Positions 1-8,094 of a DNA stretch of 64,000 bases are shown piece after piece. The notes beneath the pieces are model-generated. The model searched no databases. It worked only from the letters and a program-made list of their open reading frames with translations, and was not told the DNA's origin. This stretch comes from an uncultured Candidatus Saccharibacteria bacterium (GTDB lineage: Bacteria; Patescibacteriota; Minisyncoccia; Phycocordibacterales; DATGWK01). Each line of letters starts with the position of its first letter. Positions within the stretch are counted from its first letter, which is position 1. The stretch spans positions 204,445-268,444 of the forward strand of contig CAYRZH010000001.1 in the NCBI GenBank assembly GCA_964428845.1, read 5' to 3'. Position numbers and translations under genes: made by a program.

Positions 1-512
1 GTCGGGGACATTCTCTCACAGATCAGTCCCTCGACTTCAGCATCAATAAAATCGTTCATCTTAAGTCCGAACTTTGCCAGAATATCAGCGTACACGCCGT
101 GCATGAAAGTGTCCGTACCGAAGCCAAGATGGGCCAGCAGATCGCGCTCAACTTTGCGGAGCTCGTCGATACCGCCTGGGGCCTCGAACTCGAACATGGG
201 GAAGATGAGATCATGCCGACCAGGGATCGGGTTCGGTTCCTGCCGGAAGCTTGTCGAAACACAGAAGACGCCCGGCAGAGTCGGATCCCGAAGAAGTTCT
301 TCCTCCAGATCCATCTGGCCGGTTTGTGGAAGCGACCAGAGACGTCCCGCGTAGCTGAAGGTTCCGATCGTTCTCGGGTCCTCACACGCCGCGAGAATGC
401 TTAGTCGATTCCCGGTGTGGACCTCGACGAAATCACGACCGAGAAAAAACTGCCGGAGACGTTGGACCACAAGGTTGAATTCCCGAGGGTTAATCGGCGC
501 GATGACTGTCAT
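1..512 (-). CDS. Class II aaRS-like protein (AsnRS catalytic core / asparagine synthetase A-like), 3' end beyond the window edge
   Basis: Not in the ORF track; manual translation from ATG 512 (SD GGAG upstream) gives MTVIAPINPREFNLVVQRLRQFFLGRDFVEVHTGNRLSILAACEDP...LPQTGQMDLEEELL...VFCVSTSFRQEPNPIPGRHDLIFPMFEFE, containing class II motif 1 and motif 2 (FRxE...RH...F.M.EFE). Confidence 0.75.
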   Translation of the reverse strand, partial: MTVIAPINPREFNLVVQRLRQFFLGRDFVEVHTGNRLSILAACEDPRTIGTFSYAGRLWSLPQTGQMDLEEELLRDPTLPGVFCVSTSFRQEPNPIPGRHDLIFPMFEFEAPGGIDELRKVERDLLAHLGFGTDTFMHGVYADILAKFGLKMNDFIDAEVEGLICERMSP

Positions 513-641
513 ACCAGCTCCTTCTTGTTTGGGGTTTCTGGTTATTCAGTTTTGAGGCACTTTCCTAATGCACGACGAGTGCAACAGTTCTAAAACTTAA
601 GTGTAGCATATGGCTTAGCTGGTACAAGGTGTGGTTTGTTT

Positions 642-666
642 TGGTGCGCGATGAGGGACTCGGTCA
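642..666 (-). repeat. Copy of the tRNA-Val 3' end (att-like direct repeat)
   Basis: tggtgcgcgatgagggactcggtca matches 1594-1615 (one mismatch) and the tRNA-Val 3' end 1745-1762; carries TGG (CCA on the - strand). Confidence 0.7.
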
Positions 667-705
667 TGACTAACTTTATAGCTCAATGTGGGTATTGTTT
701 TTACA

Positions 706-734
706 TTGACAACTTACCTTAAATCTGATACAAT
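706..734 (+). promoter_or_regulatory. Sigma70 promoter of the 893 gene
   Basis: TTGACA-17 nt-TACAAT with TG extension; a 14-bp leader stem (774-787/815-828) and AAGGAG SD follow. Confidence 0.7.
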
Positions 735-892
735 CAAAGGTGGAAAATATGCTCATTTAAAAGAACTACTTCGTTGTCGCCATAGCCTAGAGTGGCTTTA
801 CACAGGCCTTTCCCGGCTGTGGCGACAATGTGTTGCCCAGACTCTCATAATCCGCTGACCCAAATGGGAAAGCAAATCAAAGGAGAAATCCG

Positions 893-1495
893 ATGAATAC
901 GACGATGAGCACCAAGCAACTCCAGTCACTTCTGGACCTCGCTGAACAGAAGGGGCTCACTCCAGAGCGCATGACTGTGATTCTTGCCTCTGGAGTCCTC
1001 GCAGATGTCCTTGATGCCGGTGCGCTTCTTTCGAACCGTGGAGCGGTTCGTCGGGCCCTGGGTCTCGGACCGCTCGAGTTCCAGATCACCGTGGACTACA
1101 CCCTCGACCTCGCTGCGATGATCGCAGCCGGCAAGTACGACTACGTCAACCCCGACATCATGGCCGGCAGTTTCCCGATCAAGGGAGAAGGCAAGCGGGA
1201 ACTGACAGCCCAGCTCGTCCACTTCAACCGTGTCATCTCATCAGATGATGTGGAGAAGGAACTCTCCAAGAAAGGCCTGCGGCCCGCCACGATCGAGGAA
1301 CTCCTTGCCTTCGGGGCGACATTCCCTGAAGTGCAGCGCAGATTCCCGATCATCGCTCTTGGCTCTGTCGCCGAGGTCCGCGGCCGCCGGAGCGTTTCGG
1401 CTCTCGGCGGGGACAGGTCCGGGCGCAACCTCTACCTGTACTGGCGTGTCAGCGATTGGCTTGGGCTCTGCCGTTTCCTCGCCCTCCCCAAGTAG
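893..1495 (+). CDS. Hypothetical protein resembling CPR DGR variable (CLec-like) targets
   Basis: 200 aa, strong SD; LRPATIEELLAFG..FP..Q..FPIIALGS core and W...CRFLA C-terminus; 1361-1490 has only 11 A in 130 nt. Confidence 0.7.
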   Translation: MNTTMSTKQLQSLLDLAEQKGLTPERMTVILASGVLADVLDAGALLSNRGAVRRALGLGPLEFQITVDYTLDLAAMIAAGKYDYVNPDIMAGSFPIKGEGKRELTAQLVHFNRVISSDDVEKELSKKGLRPATIEELLAFGATFPEVQRRFPIIALGSVAEVRGRRSVSALGGDRSGRNLYLYWRVSDWLGLCRFLALPK

Positions 1496-1513
1496 TTCTC
1501 TTCTCTGGTTCTC

Positions 1514-1554
1514 ACCCCGCGCGGGCTTAAATGTTCGCGCGGGTTTTCGTTTTA
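1514..1554 (+). terminator. GC-rich hairpin with T-tract after the 893 gene
   Basis: cccgcgcgggc-ttaaat-gttcgcgcggg followed by ttttcgttttt. Confidence 0.65.
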
Positions 1555-1593
1555 TTAGCTACTCTCTCTTCACAGAGAAACGATACGTCTTTG

Positions 1594-1744
1594 TGCGCGC
1601 TGAGGGACTCGGTCACGCGTATTCGCCTGCTGGCGAATCGCGCGACCCCGGCTCGGCGCCGTCGCGCCTGCGCCCTTCTCGTCCCTCATCGCGTCCTAAT
1701 GATGCTTCGTTCGGAAGCCTCCCAGGCTCCCTCACGAATCATTA
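1594..1744 (-). repeat. Palindromic element ending in a copy of the tRNA-Val 3' end
   Basis: tgcgcgctgagggactcg is identical to the tRNA 3' end; nested inverted repeats cgcgctgagggac/gtccctcatcgcg, attcgcc/ggcgaat, ggcgc/gcgcc. Confidence 0.6.
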
Positions 1745-1817
1745 TGCGCGCTGAGGGACTCGAACCCCCGACCCACTGAGTGTAAATCAGTTGCTCTACC
1801 AACTGAGCTAAGCGCGC
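1745..1817 (-). tRNA. tRNA-Val(TAC)
   Basis: GCGCGCT acceptor stem, TAGCTCAGTTGGTAGAGC D-arm, ACTGA-TTTACAC-TCAGT anticodon arm, GGTTCGAGTCC T-arm. Confidence 0.95.
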
Positions 1818-1885
1818 GTATTTGTCTTGCGAAGTAACAATATTCTATAACCCCAACTTTTTCAACTCTGTGATAGTATCTCGGC

Positions 1886-2668
1886 ATGGATATTCCCATT
1901 CTCTTCGAGGACGAAAACTACATCATCATAAACAAACCAGCCGGTCTCGTGGTGCATCCAGACGGAAAAACCGACGAACCATCTCTTACCGATTGGCTTA
2001 TTAAAAATTACCCAAAAATGAAAGGGGTCGGTGAGCCACTCAAACTTTCAGGCGGCGAGACCATCGATCGTCCAGGAATAGTTCACCGGCTAGACAGAGA
2101 CACCTCTGGCGCTCTTGTGATAGCCAAAACCCAAAAAGCCTTCGAGGATCTCAAGGAAAAATTTCAAAACAGAGAAGTTTCTAAAAAATATCATGCGTTT
2201 GTCTATGGAGAGGTAAAGGAGAGCGAGGGCGTGATCGACCGACCTATCGGCAGGAGCAATAAAGATTTTCGAATGTGGTCAGCCCAGCGTGGTGCAAGGG
2301 GTGAGCTTCGCGAGGCGCTGACTCATTACCGTGTACTCGCGCGGGGGGTCACTGGACAGGTGGGCGAAGAGGGGAGCGCACCCGAGAAATTTACTTTCGT
2401 AGAGATCGAGCCAAAAACCGGCCGCACCCACCAGATACGCGTTCATTTTAAAGCTATAAACCACCCTGTGATTTGCGACCCACTCTACGCTCCAAAAAGG
2501 GAGTCCGCACTTGGTTTTAAAAGGCTCGCGCTGCATTCTCGGTCGATAGGTTTTGTTGGTATTTCAGGGAACGCGATCGAGGCTACCGCACCGTATCCGA
2601 AGGATTTTCAAGATTCTATAGAGGCTGCCGAAGAAGCCGCCGACCTTGAGCGAATTGCGAAAGAGTGA
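1886..2668 (+). CDS. RluA/RluD-family pseudouridine synthase
   Basis: INKPAGLVVHP, HRLDRDTSG and TGRTHQIRVH motifs. Confidence 0.92.
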   Translation: MDIPILFEDENYIIINKPAGLVVHPDGKTDEPSLTDWLIKNYPKMKGVGEPLKLSGGETIDRPGIVHRLDRDTSGALVIAKTQKAFEDLKEKFQNREVSKKYHAFVYGEVKESEGVIDRPIGRSNKDFRMWSAQRGARGELREALTHYRVLARGVTGQVGEEGSAPEKFTFVEIEPKTGRTHQIRVHFKAINHPVICDPLYAPKRESALGFKRLALHSRSIGFVGISGNAIEATAPYPKDFQDSIEAAEEAADLERIAKE

Positions 2669-2693
2669 GGCCTGTGATACATTGGTGTCCATT

Positions 2694-3131
2694 ATGGAAA
2701 CGCACGGAATCACAATTTCACCGGTAAATATGGGAGAGCGAGCCAAGCTCGATATTCGTGCTGGTGACACTGTGAAAGTGTGGCAGAAGATTCAGGAAAA
2801 AGGCAAAACTCGTCTTCAGGGTTTTGAGGGTCTTGTTTTGGCCGTAAAACATGGCAAGGAAGCAGGGGGAACTTTTACTGTAAGAAAGGTGGCAAGTGGT
2901 GTCGGCGTTGAGAAAATTTTCCCAATCTATTCTCCAGTTATAGATAAAATTGAGATCACGAAGCGTTCAAAGGTTCGACGTGCCAAGCTCTATCATATTC
3001 GCGATAAGGCTGCTAAGGAGGTGAAGCGTCAGATGAGAAATATCAGGGTCAGCCGTGATGAGGAAGTAGCGGAGGCGCCAGCGACTCCAGCTGAAGCTCC
3101 GAAAGGGGAGGGGGAAAAGGTGGGGAAGTAA
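2694..3131 (+). CDS. rplS: 50S ribosomal protein L19
   Basis: GDTVKV...RLQGFEGLV...TFTVRKVASGVGVEKIFP...KVRRAKLYHIR; start moved to ATG 2694. Confidence 0.95.
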   Translation: METHGITISPVNMGERAKLDIRAGDTVKVWQKIQEKGKTRLQGFEGLVLAVKHGKEAGGTFTVRKVASGVGVEKIFPIYSPVIDKIEITKRSKVRRAKLYHIRDKAAKEVKRQMRNIRVSRDEEVAEAPATPAEAPKGEGEKVGK

Positions 3132-3280
3132 GATCGATCACTGTAGTAGTGGAAGCGATTGTTCTTAGCCCCCAATAAAATGATGGTGGAAATAAAAGAG
3201 ATTTATTTACATTTTTTAAATATATATTGGTATACGCTATATGCTTGAGGGAATCCCCATTATTTGATACAATGCATTAA

Positions 3281-3964
3281 ATGGGGAATAGCGGGCCAAA
3301 ACCAAAAGGCAAAATAAAGATTAAATGGTCCTCAAATTTTGCCTATGCCATTGGGCTTATTGCCACAGACGGAAACCTTTCTCCAAGTGGTCGTCATATA
3401 GTCTTTACATCTAAGGACTTTGAACAAATAAATAATTTCAAGAAGATTCTACGTTTAACAAATAAAATAGGGAAAAAGGGAAATGGTAGTAGTAAGGAGA
3501 AAAAATATTATGTCTTGCAATTTGGAGACGTCCTATTTTATTCATTTCTCGGGAAAATAGGCATATCTCCTGCAAAATCCAAAACCATAGGCCCTATTCA
3601 AGTTCCAGATAAATTCTTTTTTGATTTTCTAAGGGGATGTTTTGATGGCGATGGGTGCAGTTATAGTTATTGGGATAAGCGTTGGAAATCCAGCTTTCTT
3701 TTCTATATTTCCCTAGCTTCCGCGAGCGAACCTTTTATTTCTTGGGTTAGAAAAAAAGTAAAGCAGTTTGTGGGCGTATCTGGCCACGTTAGCAAACTAA
3801 AAAATGCTTCAGGTTTTCAATTGAGATATGCAAAAAACGATGCAAAGAAGATTGTTTATGAAATGTACAGAAAACCTAATAGTGTTTTCTTGAAAAGGAA
3901 AAAGTTGAAAATCAACAGATCTTTGGCTATTATGAGCCAATTCCCCAAAAGACGACTAAAGTGA
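3281..3964 (+). CDS. Free-standing two-motif LAGLIDADG homing endonuclease-like protein
   Basis: AYAIGLIATDGNL and FLRGCFDGDG motifs; basic, AT-rich; directly upstream of tRNA-Leu. Confidence 0.8.
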   Translation: MGNSGPKPKGKIKIKWSSNFAYAIGLIATDGNLSPSGRHIVFTSKDFEQINNFKKILRLTNKIGKKGNGSSKEKKYYVLQFGDVLFYSFLGKIGISPAKSKTIGPIQVPDKFFFDFLRGCFDGDGCSYSYWDKRWKSSFLFYISLASASEPFISWVRKKVKQFVGVSGHVSKLKNASGFQLRYAKNDAKKIVYEMYRKPNSVFLKRKKLKINRSLAIMSQFPKRRLK

Positions 3965-3979
3965 TTTGGTAGGATAAAT

Positions 3980-4061
3980 GCGCGGGTGTTGTAATTAGTA
4001 GCCAAGCACGCTTGAGGTGCGTGTGCCGTAAGGCGTGGAGGTGCAAGTCCTCTCCCGCGCA
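3980..4061 (+). tRNA. tRNA-Leu(GAG)
   Basis: GCGCGGG/CCCGCGC acceptor stem, CACGC-TTGAGGT-GCGTG anticodon arm, long variable arm. Confidence 0.92.
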
Positions 4062-4079
4062 CAGTTCTTGTTTTTATAT

Positions 4080-4152
4080 GGTGCCTATGGTGTAACGGTT
4101 AACACTGGAGCTTGTGGAGCTCTCGATACCGGTTCGATTCCGGTTAGGCACC
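4080..4152 (+). tRNA. tRNA-His(GTG)
   Basis: Encoded G-1, GTGCCTA/TAGGCAC acceptor stem, C73, GGAGC-TTGTGGA-GCTCT anticodon arm, GGTTCGATTCC T-arm. Confidence 0.93.
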
Positions 4153-4288
4153 CACGGTTTGACAGAATGCTTAAAAAGTTATATCGTCTAAGACAGAAAG
4201 GTCCTCTTACTATTTCGGTGTCGTGATAAAAGCATGTCGACACATGCACGACTACGCTCCACACTTGGAGTGTTGAGGGGATTGAAAA

Positions 4289-4676
4289 ATGAAGATCCGC
4301 GTCAATTTCCAGGTTAGATGCAAGAATATGAGATGCATTCCGGGCTATAAGGCCAAAGAGACTGAGGGGGAAGATGTTTGGTGGGGGAAGTGACTTCTCG
4401 GGTATCATCAATTCTCCCGCAATACCGCGTGTGGGGGAGATTATTTTTATCACTGACAAGACCACCTTATGGCCTGGAATCGTTGTTGTTGAAAATGTGC
4501 ATTATTTTCTGGAGGGAGGAATTCTTAAGCCTGAGCTTGAATGCAACGACAGTGTCATCGATCTCAGTCGATATGCCAATATTCCCTGGATGTCATCATG
4601 GTCCGGTGTGGAAAAGTGGTTCCGTGATATCGAAAGGGTACTGGGCGAAGTGGGGTTCAGAGAGGAAGAGGAATAG
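4289..4676 (+). pseudogene. Hypothetical protein split by an apparent +1 G in a G5 run
   Basis: SD-led ATG 4289 (MKIRVNFQV...EDVWWG) stops just after GGGGG 4383-4387; removing one G joins it to the 4374..4676 frame (GSDFSGIINSPAIPRVGEII). Confidence 0.5.
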
Positions 4677-4751
4677 TCATTAGAGAAAACTGTCCTTGTA
4701 TCTGATTCGGCAAGTGCCCAACCAGGTCCATTCAATTGAAAGGAGTAAGCC

Positions 4752-5399
4752 GTGGGTATCGGGACAAATATTTTCGGCTCTTTTCTCACATTGAATTTGG
4801 CAAATCGTCGCCGGCGGGGAATGGCTATGTTCGGACACAAAAAGCCTGATTCAGCCGCACGTATTTTGGGTAGGGGAACGACCGACCGCTTCAAACTCAT
4901 CGACGAGTTCGAGGTCGTCGTGCCGATGGATTATGTTCACGCCACCTGTCTCTCTGATCTTGCGAGGGATTTCGGACACATGATCTCCCCTTTTTACCCT
5001 GTATTGACTGACGACAACTACAGAAACGTGACGACCCGCATGGAGCCAGGGGAAAGATTTGTGGCAAAGATTTTTCACATTGTTGGGCTGGAAACTTCTT
5101 TTGCCTGTCTGGGTTTGCTTGATCGGGAGAGAGCCATTCTGGCCGGGGCCCAGGGGCTGGCTCTCGTTTTTCGGGTGGCGAAGGACAGACTACCTCCCGA
5201 TCTCTGGACAGTTTCTTTCGACAGACCAGACGCATTGTTCTTCGATAGCCACAACGGCTGTCACCGGGTGCCGACCATTGGGCCATCCAGACAAAATCCC
5301 GGCAAGGGAGAGTTCCACTCCGGCTTCTTTGAACCCTTCGAGGGGGATAAGGGTTGGGATGCTCGCTTCTGTCTTCTCTGTCTTGTTCGTCAAGGGTAG
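4752..5399 (+). CDS. Hypothetical protein, paralog of 41367..42071 (DGR-target-like family)
   Basis: Shared blocks DRFxLxDxFxVVVPxxYxHAT, TDxNY, LxGAQG, WxVSFD, HxVP and W...FCLLC; AAGGAG SD before GTG; downstream hairpin 5421-5451. Confidence 0.7.
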   Translation: MGIGTNIFGSFLTLNLANRRRRGMAMFGHKKPDSAARILGRGTTDRFKLIDEFEVVVPMDYVHATCLSDLARDFGHMISPFYPVLTDDNYRNVTTRMEPGERFVAKIFHIVGLETSFACLGLLDRERAILAGAQGLALVFRVAKDRLPPDLWTVSFDRPDALFFDSHNGCHRVPTIGPSRQNPGKGEFHSGFFEPFEGDKGWDARFCLLCLVRQG

Positions 5400-5579
5400 A
5401 TTTTCTAAGTGTTCCCGGCGGCCCCGCGCTCGCGCTCGGGGTCTTTCTTTTATAAATAATGATTTTAAGGATGGGTAAAACACAAGTATGTAGATGTTGG
5501 TGCGTTTGTCTGTTTAAACTTGGTTTCAACTTCCTGATACTGCGGCACCCACAATTTTTCTTCTGATATACTTTTCCTA

Positions 5580-6209
5580 ATGGTTGAAAGCGCTGAATTT
5601 GGTGTAAAAAAAGATCAACTCCCAGACGACAAATTAAACAGTATTATAGAAAAATACTGCGCCTCCTTGGTGGTTCCAAAAGATAAACCAAAGAAACAAT
5701 TTTTTCTTTGCCCAGTCGGCCTTATTGGGTCTGGCAAGACAACGGTTTTAAAGCCTTTGGCCGAAAAATTGAATCTTGTGCGTATATCTGGAGATGAAAT
5801 TAGGAAGATACTTTATGACCTGGGTTTTGATTATGATCGAACGTGGGAGATAGGGAGTATGGTTGTTGAAAGATATGCCAGAGAAGGATACAGCATTGCT
5901 CACGATACTGATTGTGCTACTCCAAAAACTATTGAGGCGATAAATAAACTCTCTAAGGAATTGGGTGCCCAGGTAGTATGGGTGCACGTCAACCCTCCAG
6001 AAGAATTTATTTTAAATAAGTTAAGGAAATATAAACACACATGGCTATATCGTGACGGTGAACATGCCATATCCAATTATTTAAGCCGAAAAAAAGTGCA
6101 CGAAAATTTACCAATGAATTTTCTTTATTCGTTTGATACATCTAAACCCAATCTCGACGAACAAATAGAACAAGCTTCGGAAGTCATTTTAAACAAGACC
6201 CAATTTTAA
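5580..6209 (+). CDS. P-loop nucleotide kinase-like protein (AAA_33 type)
   Basis: GLIGSGKTT Walker A followed by RISGDEIRK. Confidence 0.7.
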   Translation: MVESAEFGVKKDQLPDDKLNSIIEKYCASLVVPKDKPKKQFFLCPVGLIGSGKTTVLKPLAEKLNLVRISGDEIRKILYDLGFDYDRTWEIGSMVVERYAREGYSIAHDTDCATPKTIEAINKLSKELGAQVVWVHVNPPEEFILNKLRKYKHTWLYRDGEHAISNYLSRKKVHENLPMNFLYSFDTSKPNLDEQIEQASEVILNKTQF

Positions 6210-6290
6210 TGTCTTTAGCCAGCCATAACTCCTCTTTTTATAAAATCAATAGATTCTCTCATAAGAATCTATTGATCATATTCGAGGGAT

Positions 6291-6581
6291 GTGTATGATG
6301 AGAACAGAATTAATTTATGGGCAAATAAGGTTTTAACCCCGACTGAAATCAACAGGAGCATAGAGATGAAAGCCGCAAGCTTGTCCCACCGTCAATGGTT
6401 TACTCGAGAGGGGCCTGATCGTCGCGTTTACGAGAGACTCCCTGGCCTTCCGGAGATTGTAGAGGGGGTCATGGCGATTCCAGTCCGACCGATTACGCCT
6501 ACTGTAAGACAACCAGGCTACTACATTCCAGCGGATGAATCGGTCGAAGTATGTCCTTCGAGATGTGTTCGGGTCGCATAA
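6291..6581 (+). CDS. Hypothetical protein
   Basis: 96-aa ORF with GAGGG SD and a downstream hairpin plus T-tract; no motif recognised. Confidence 0.4.
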   Translation: MYDENRINLWANKVLTPTEINRSIEMKAASLSHRQWFTREGPDRRVYERLPGLPEIVEGVMAIPVRPITPTVRQPGYYIPADESVEVCPSRCVRVA

Positions 6582-6633
6582 GGGCGTCATCGCAGGGGGG
6601 CAGAATGCCACCCTTTTTTCTTAGCCAAAATAG

Positions 6634-6765
6634 TATTTATGGACACGACGGGAGTTGAACCCGCAGTATTTAGTTGGTAAAACAAAATACCTAAACCGTT
6701 AGCGTGCCCATGACGCGATATACCACTCCGCGCCTAGGCAGACTCTAACAAAGACACATTCAAAT
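6634..6765. repeat. 132-bp direct repeat, copy 1 (copy 2 at 8095..8226)
   Basis: Identical except 6642/8103 and 6733/8194. Confidence 0.95.
6640..6709 (-). ncRNA. Atypical tRNA-like RNA (tmRNA tRNA-like-domain type), copy 1
   Basis: GGGCACG/CGTGTCC-A acceptor stem with G3.U70, GCGGG-TTCAACT-CCCGT T-arm, 9-bp anticodon-like stem; candidate promoter TTGGCG-17-TATACT at 6802-6774. Confidence 0.65.
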
Positions 6766-6901
6766 ATTTATTAAGTATACCCACCCCTCATCCCACCGCC
6801 AATCTTTCTGGATTTTTGTGACAGTTTGGTTCTTGTAGTTAGTGTTCGGTAAACAGTTAATGCAGCTTGTACCCCCCATTTTCCTAGGGTATAATTTCCT
6901 T

Positions 6902-7312
6902 ATGAAAAAAATAATCATAATTATTATTGCAATCGTCGTTGTTGTTGGTGGGGTTTGGTTTTATAAAAATAATGTGACAAGAACAAATATGAGCCCAAAA
7001 GAAACATACAAAGTAATTAACGACGAGTTGGCAAGGACGAAGAGTTTTGATGAATATGTTGCCGTCATGCTAAAGTATACCTCCTCAAAAAGCGATAACT
7101 CTGAGTTCAAAGATATGGTTGCAAACATGGACGATACGGAGAAAGAGAATTTTTTTAAATACTTACAAGAAAACAACATTATCCCCACTGACGCTCAATT
7201 ATCAGAGAAACTGACTGATAGCGAGCATGCAACTGTGAGCTGGAATGATTCCGATAACAAGACCAAAAGTATTGATATGGAAATAGACGGCGGTTCTTGG
7301 AAGATTAAGTAA
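6902..7312 (+). CDS. Membrane-anchored hypothetical protein
   Basis: MKKIIIIIIAIVVVVGGVWFY N-terminal TM helix; ends GGSWKIK; TATAAT just upstream. Confidence 0.7.
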   Translation: MKKIIIIIIAIVVVVGGVWFYKNNVTRTNMSPKETYKVINDELARTKSFDEYVAVMLKYTSSKSDNSEFKDMVANMDDTEKENFFKYLQENNIIPTDAQLSEKLTDSEHATVSWNDSDNKTKSIDMEIDGGSWKIK

Positions 7313-7583
7313 CTCTAAATACTCCCTTTTTGGGGTCCGGGTAGGGTTAAAAAAGAACCGAATTAAGCTAAAACTGCTATACTTTGCATGTCAGAAGTGT
7401 AGATCGTCGCATCGTTCCTTTTCTTAAATATAGTTCTGATTTCCTCTACGACGGCACCCAAATGATTTTGAATAAACACATATCAACTTGGTCTAGTTTT
7501 GCGTAACTCCTTTTCCAGTTTTGTTTTTGCTTTAAAAAATCTCTAAATCTAAAAAGAATACACCACAAAGAAAGGAGATCGAC

Positions 7584-7973
7584 ATGGATCTTTCGGTGGT
7601 CATGGCTCGCCGAATTGTTACGACAGCTCTTGGTTATGTCGGCACACCTTATAGTTGGGAGGAGTTTAATTGTGTTCACTTTATAAGAAAGGTATATCAG
7701 GATGTTGGAATTGTTTTTCCTCGGCTTGTTAAAGAGATGGATCCTCCTGCAGATTTCCATCTTTCAGAGGAAGAGTTCGAAGAAATGCCGCTTGGTCGGT
7801 CTGTGTTTTTTAAAAGAAAAACTAGCAATCTACCCAGGAGTTGGACTCACATTGCTATTATTGTTTCTCCAAATGAATTAGTTCATTGTGCTCGCCGTCT
7901 GGGGTTTGTAGTTGTGACGCCGAAGTTAGAATTCCTCGAGACATACGCACTCACCCCAAAACCACTCTCATGA
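7584..7973 (+). CDS. NlpC/P60-family cysteine hydrolase
   Basis: ALGYVGTPYSW...NCVHFIRKVY...HIAI...LVHC; AAAGGAG SD; terminator at the 3' end. Confidence 0.8.
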   Translation: MDLSVVMARRIVTTALGYVGTPYSWEEFNCVHFIRKVYQDVGIVFPRLVKEMDPPADFHLSEEEFEEMPLGRSVFFKRKTSNLPRSWTHIAIIVSPNELVHCARRLGFVVVTPKLEFLETYALTPKPLS

Positions 7974-8094
7974 GGGTGGTTTTTTATAATGTGATAGAAT
8001 TTTTTGCTGGGGCTAGAGCAACAAGATGTGGATTTTTACGCAGAATTGGAGGTTTATTATTCTCGGGTATAGCGACTTTCCTTCTCGTATAGAA

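Noticed and set aside
56-404. Track ORFs 56..385, 99..404 and 103..354
   Set aside because: Shadows of the - strand aaRS-like gene 1..512.
6640-6709. Ordinary tRNA-Val(TAC)
   Set aside because: It lacks the U8/A14 linker, normal D-arm and 5-bp anticodon stem; a canonical tRNA-Val(TAC) exists at 1745-1817.
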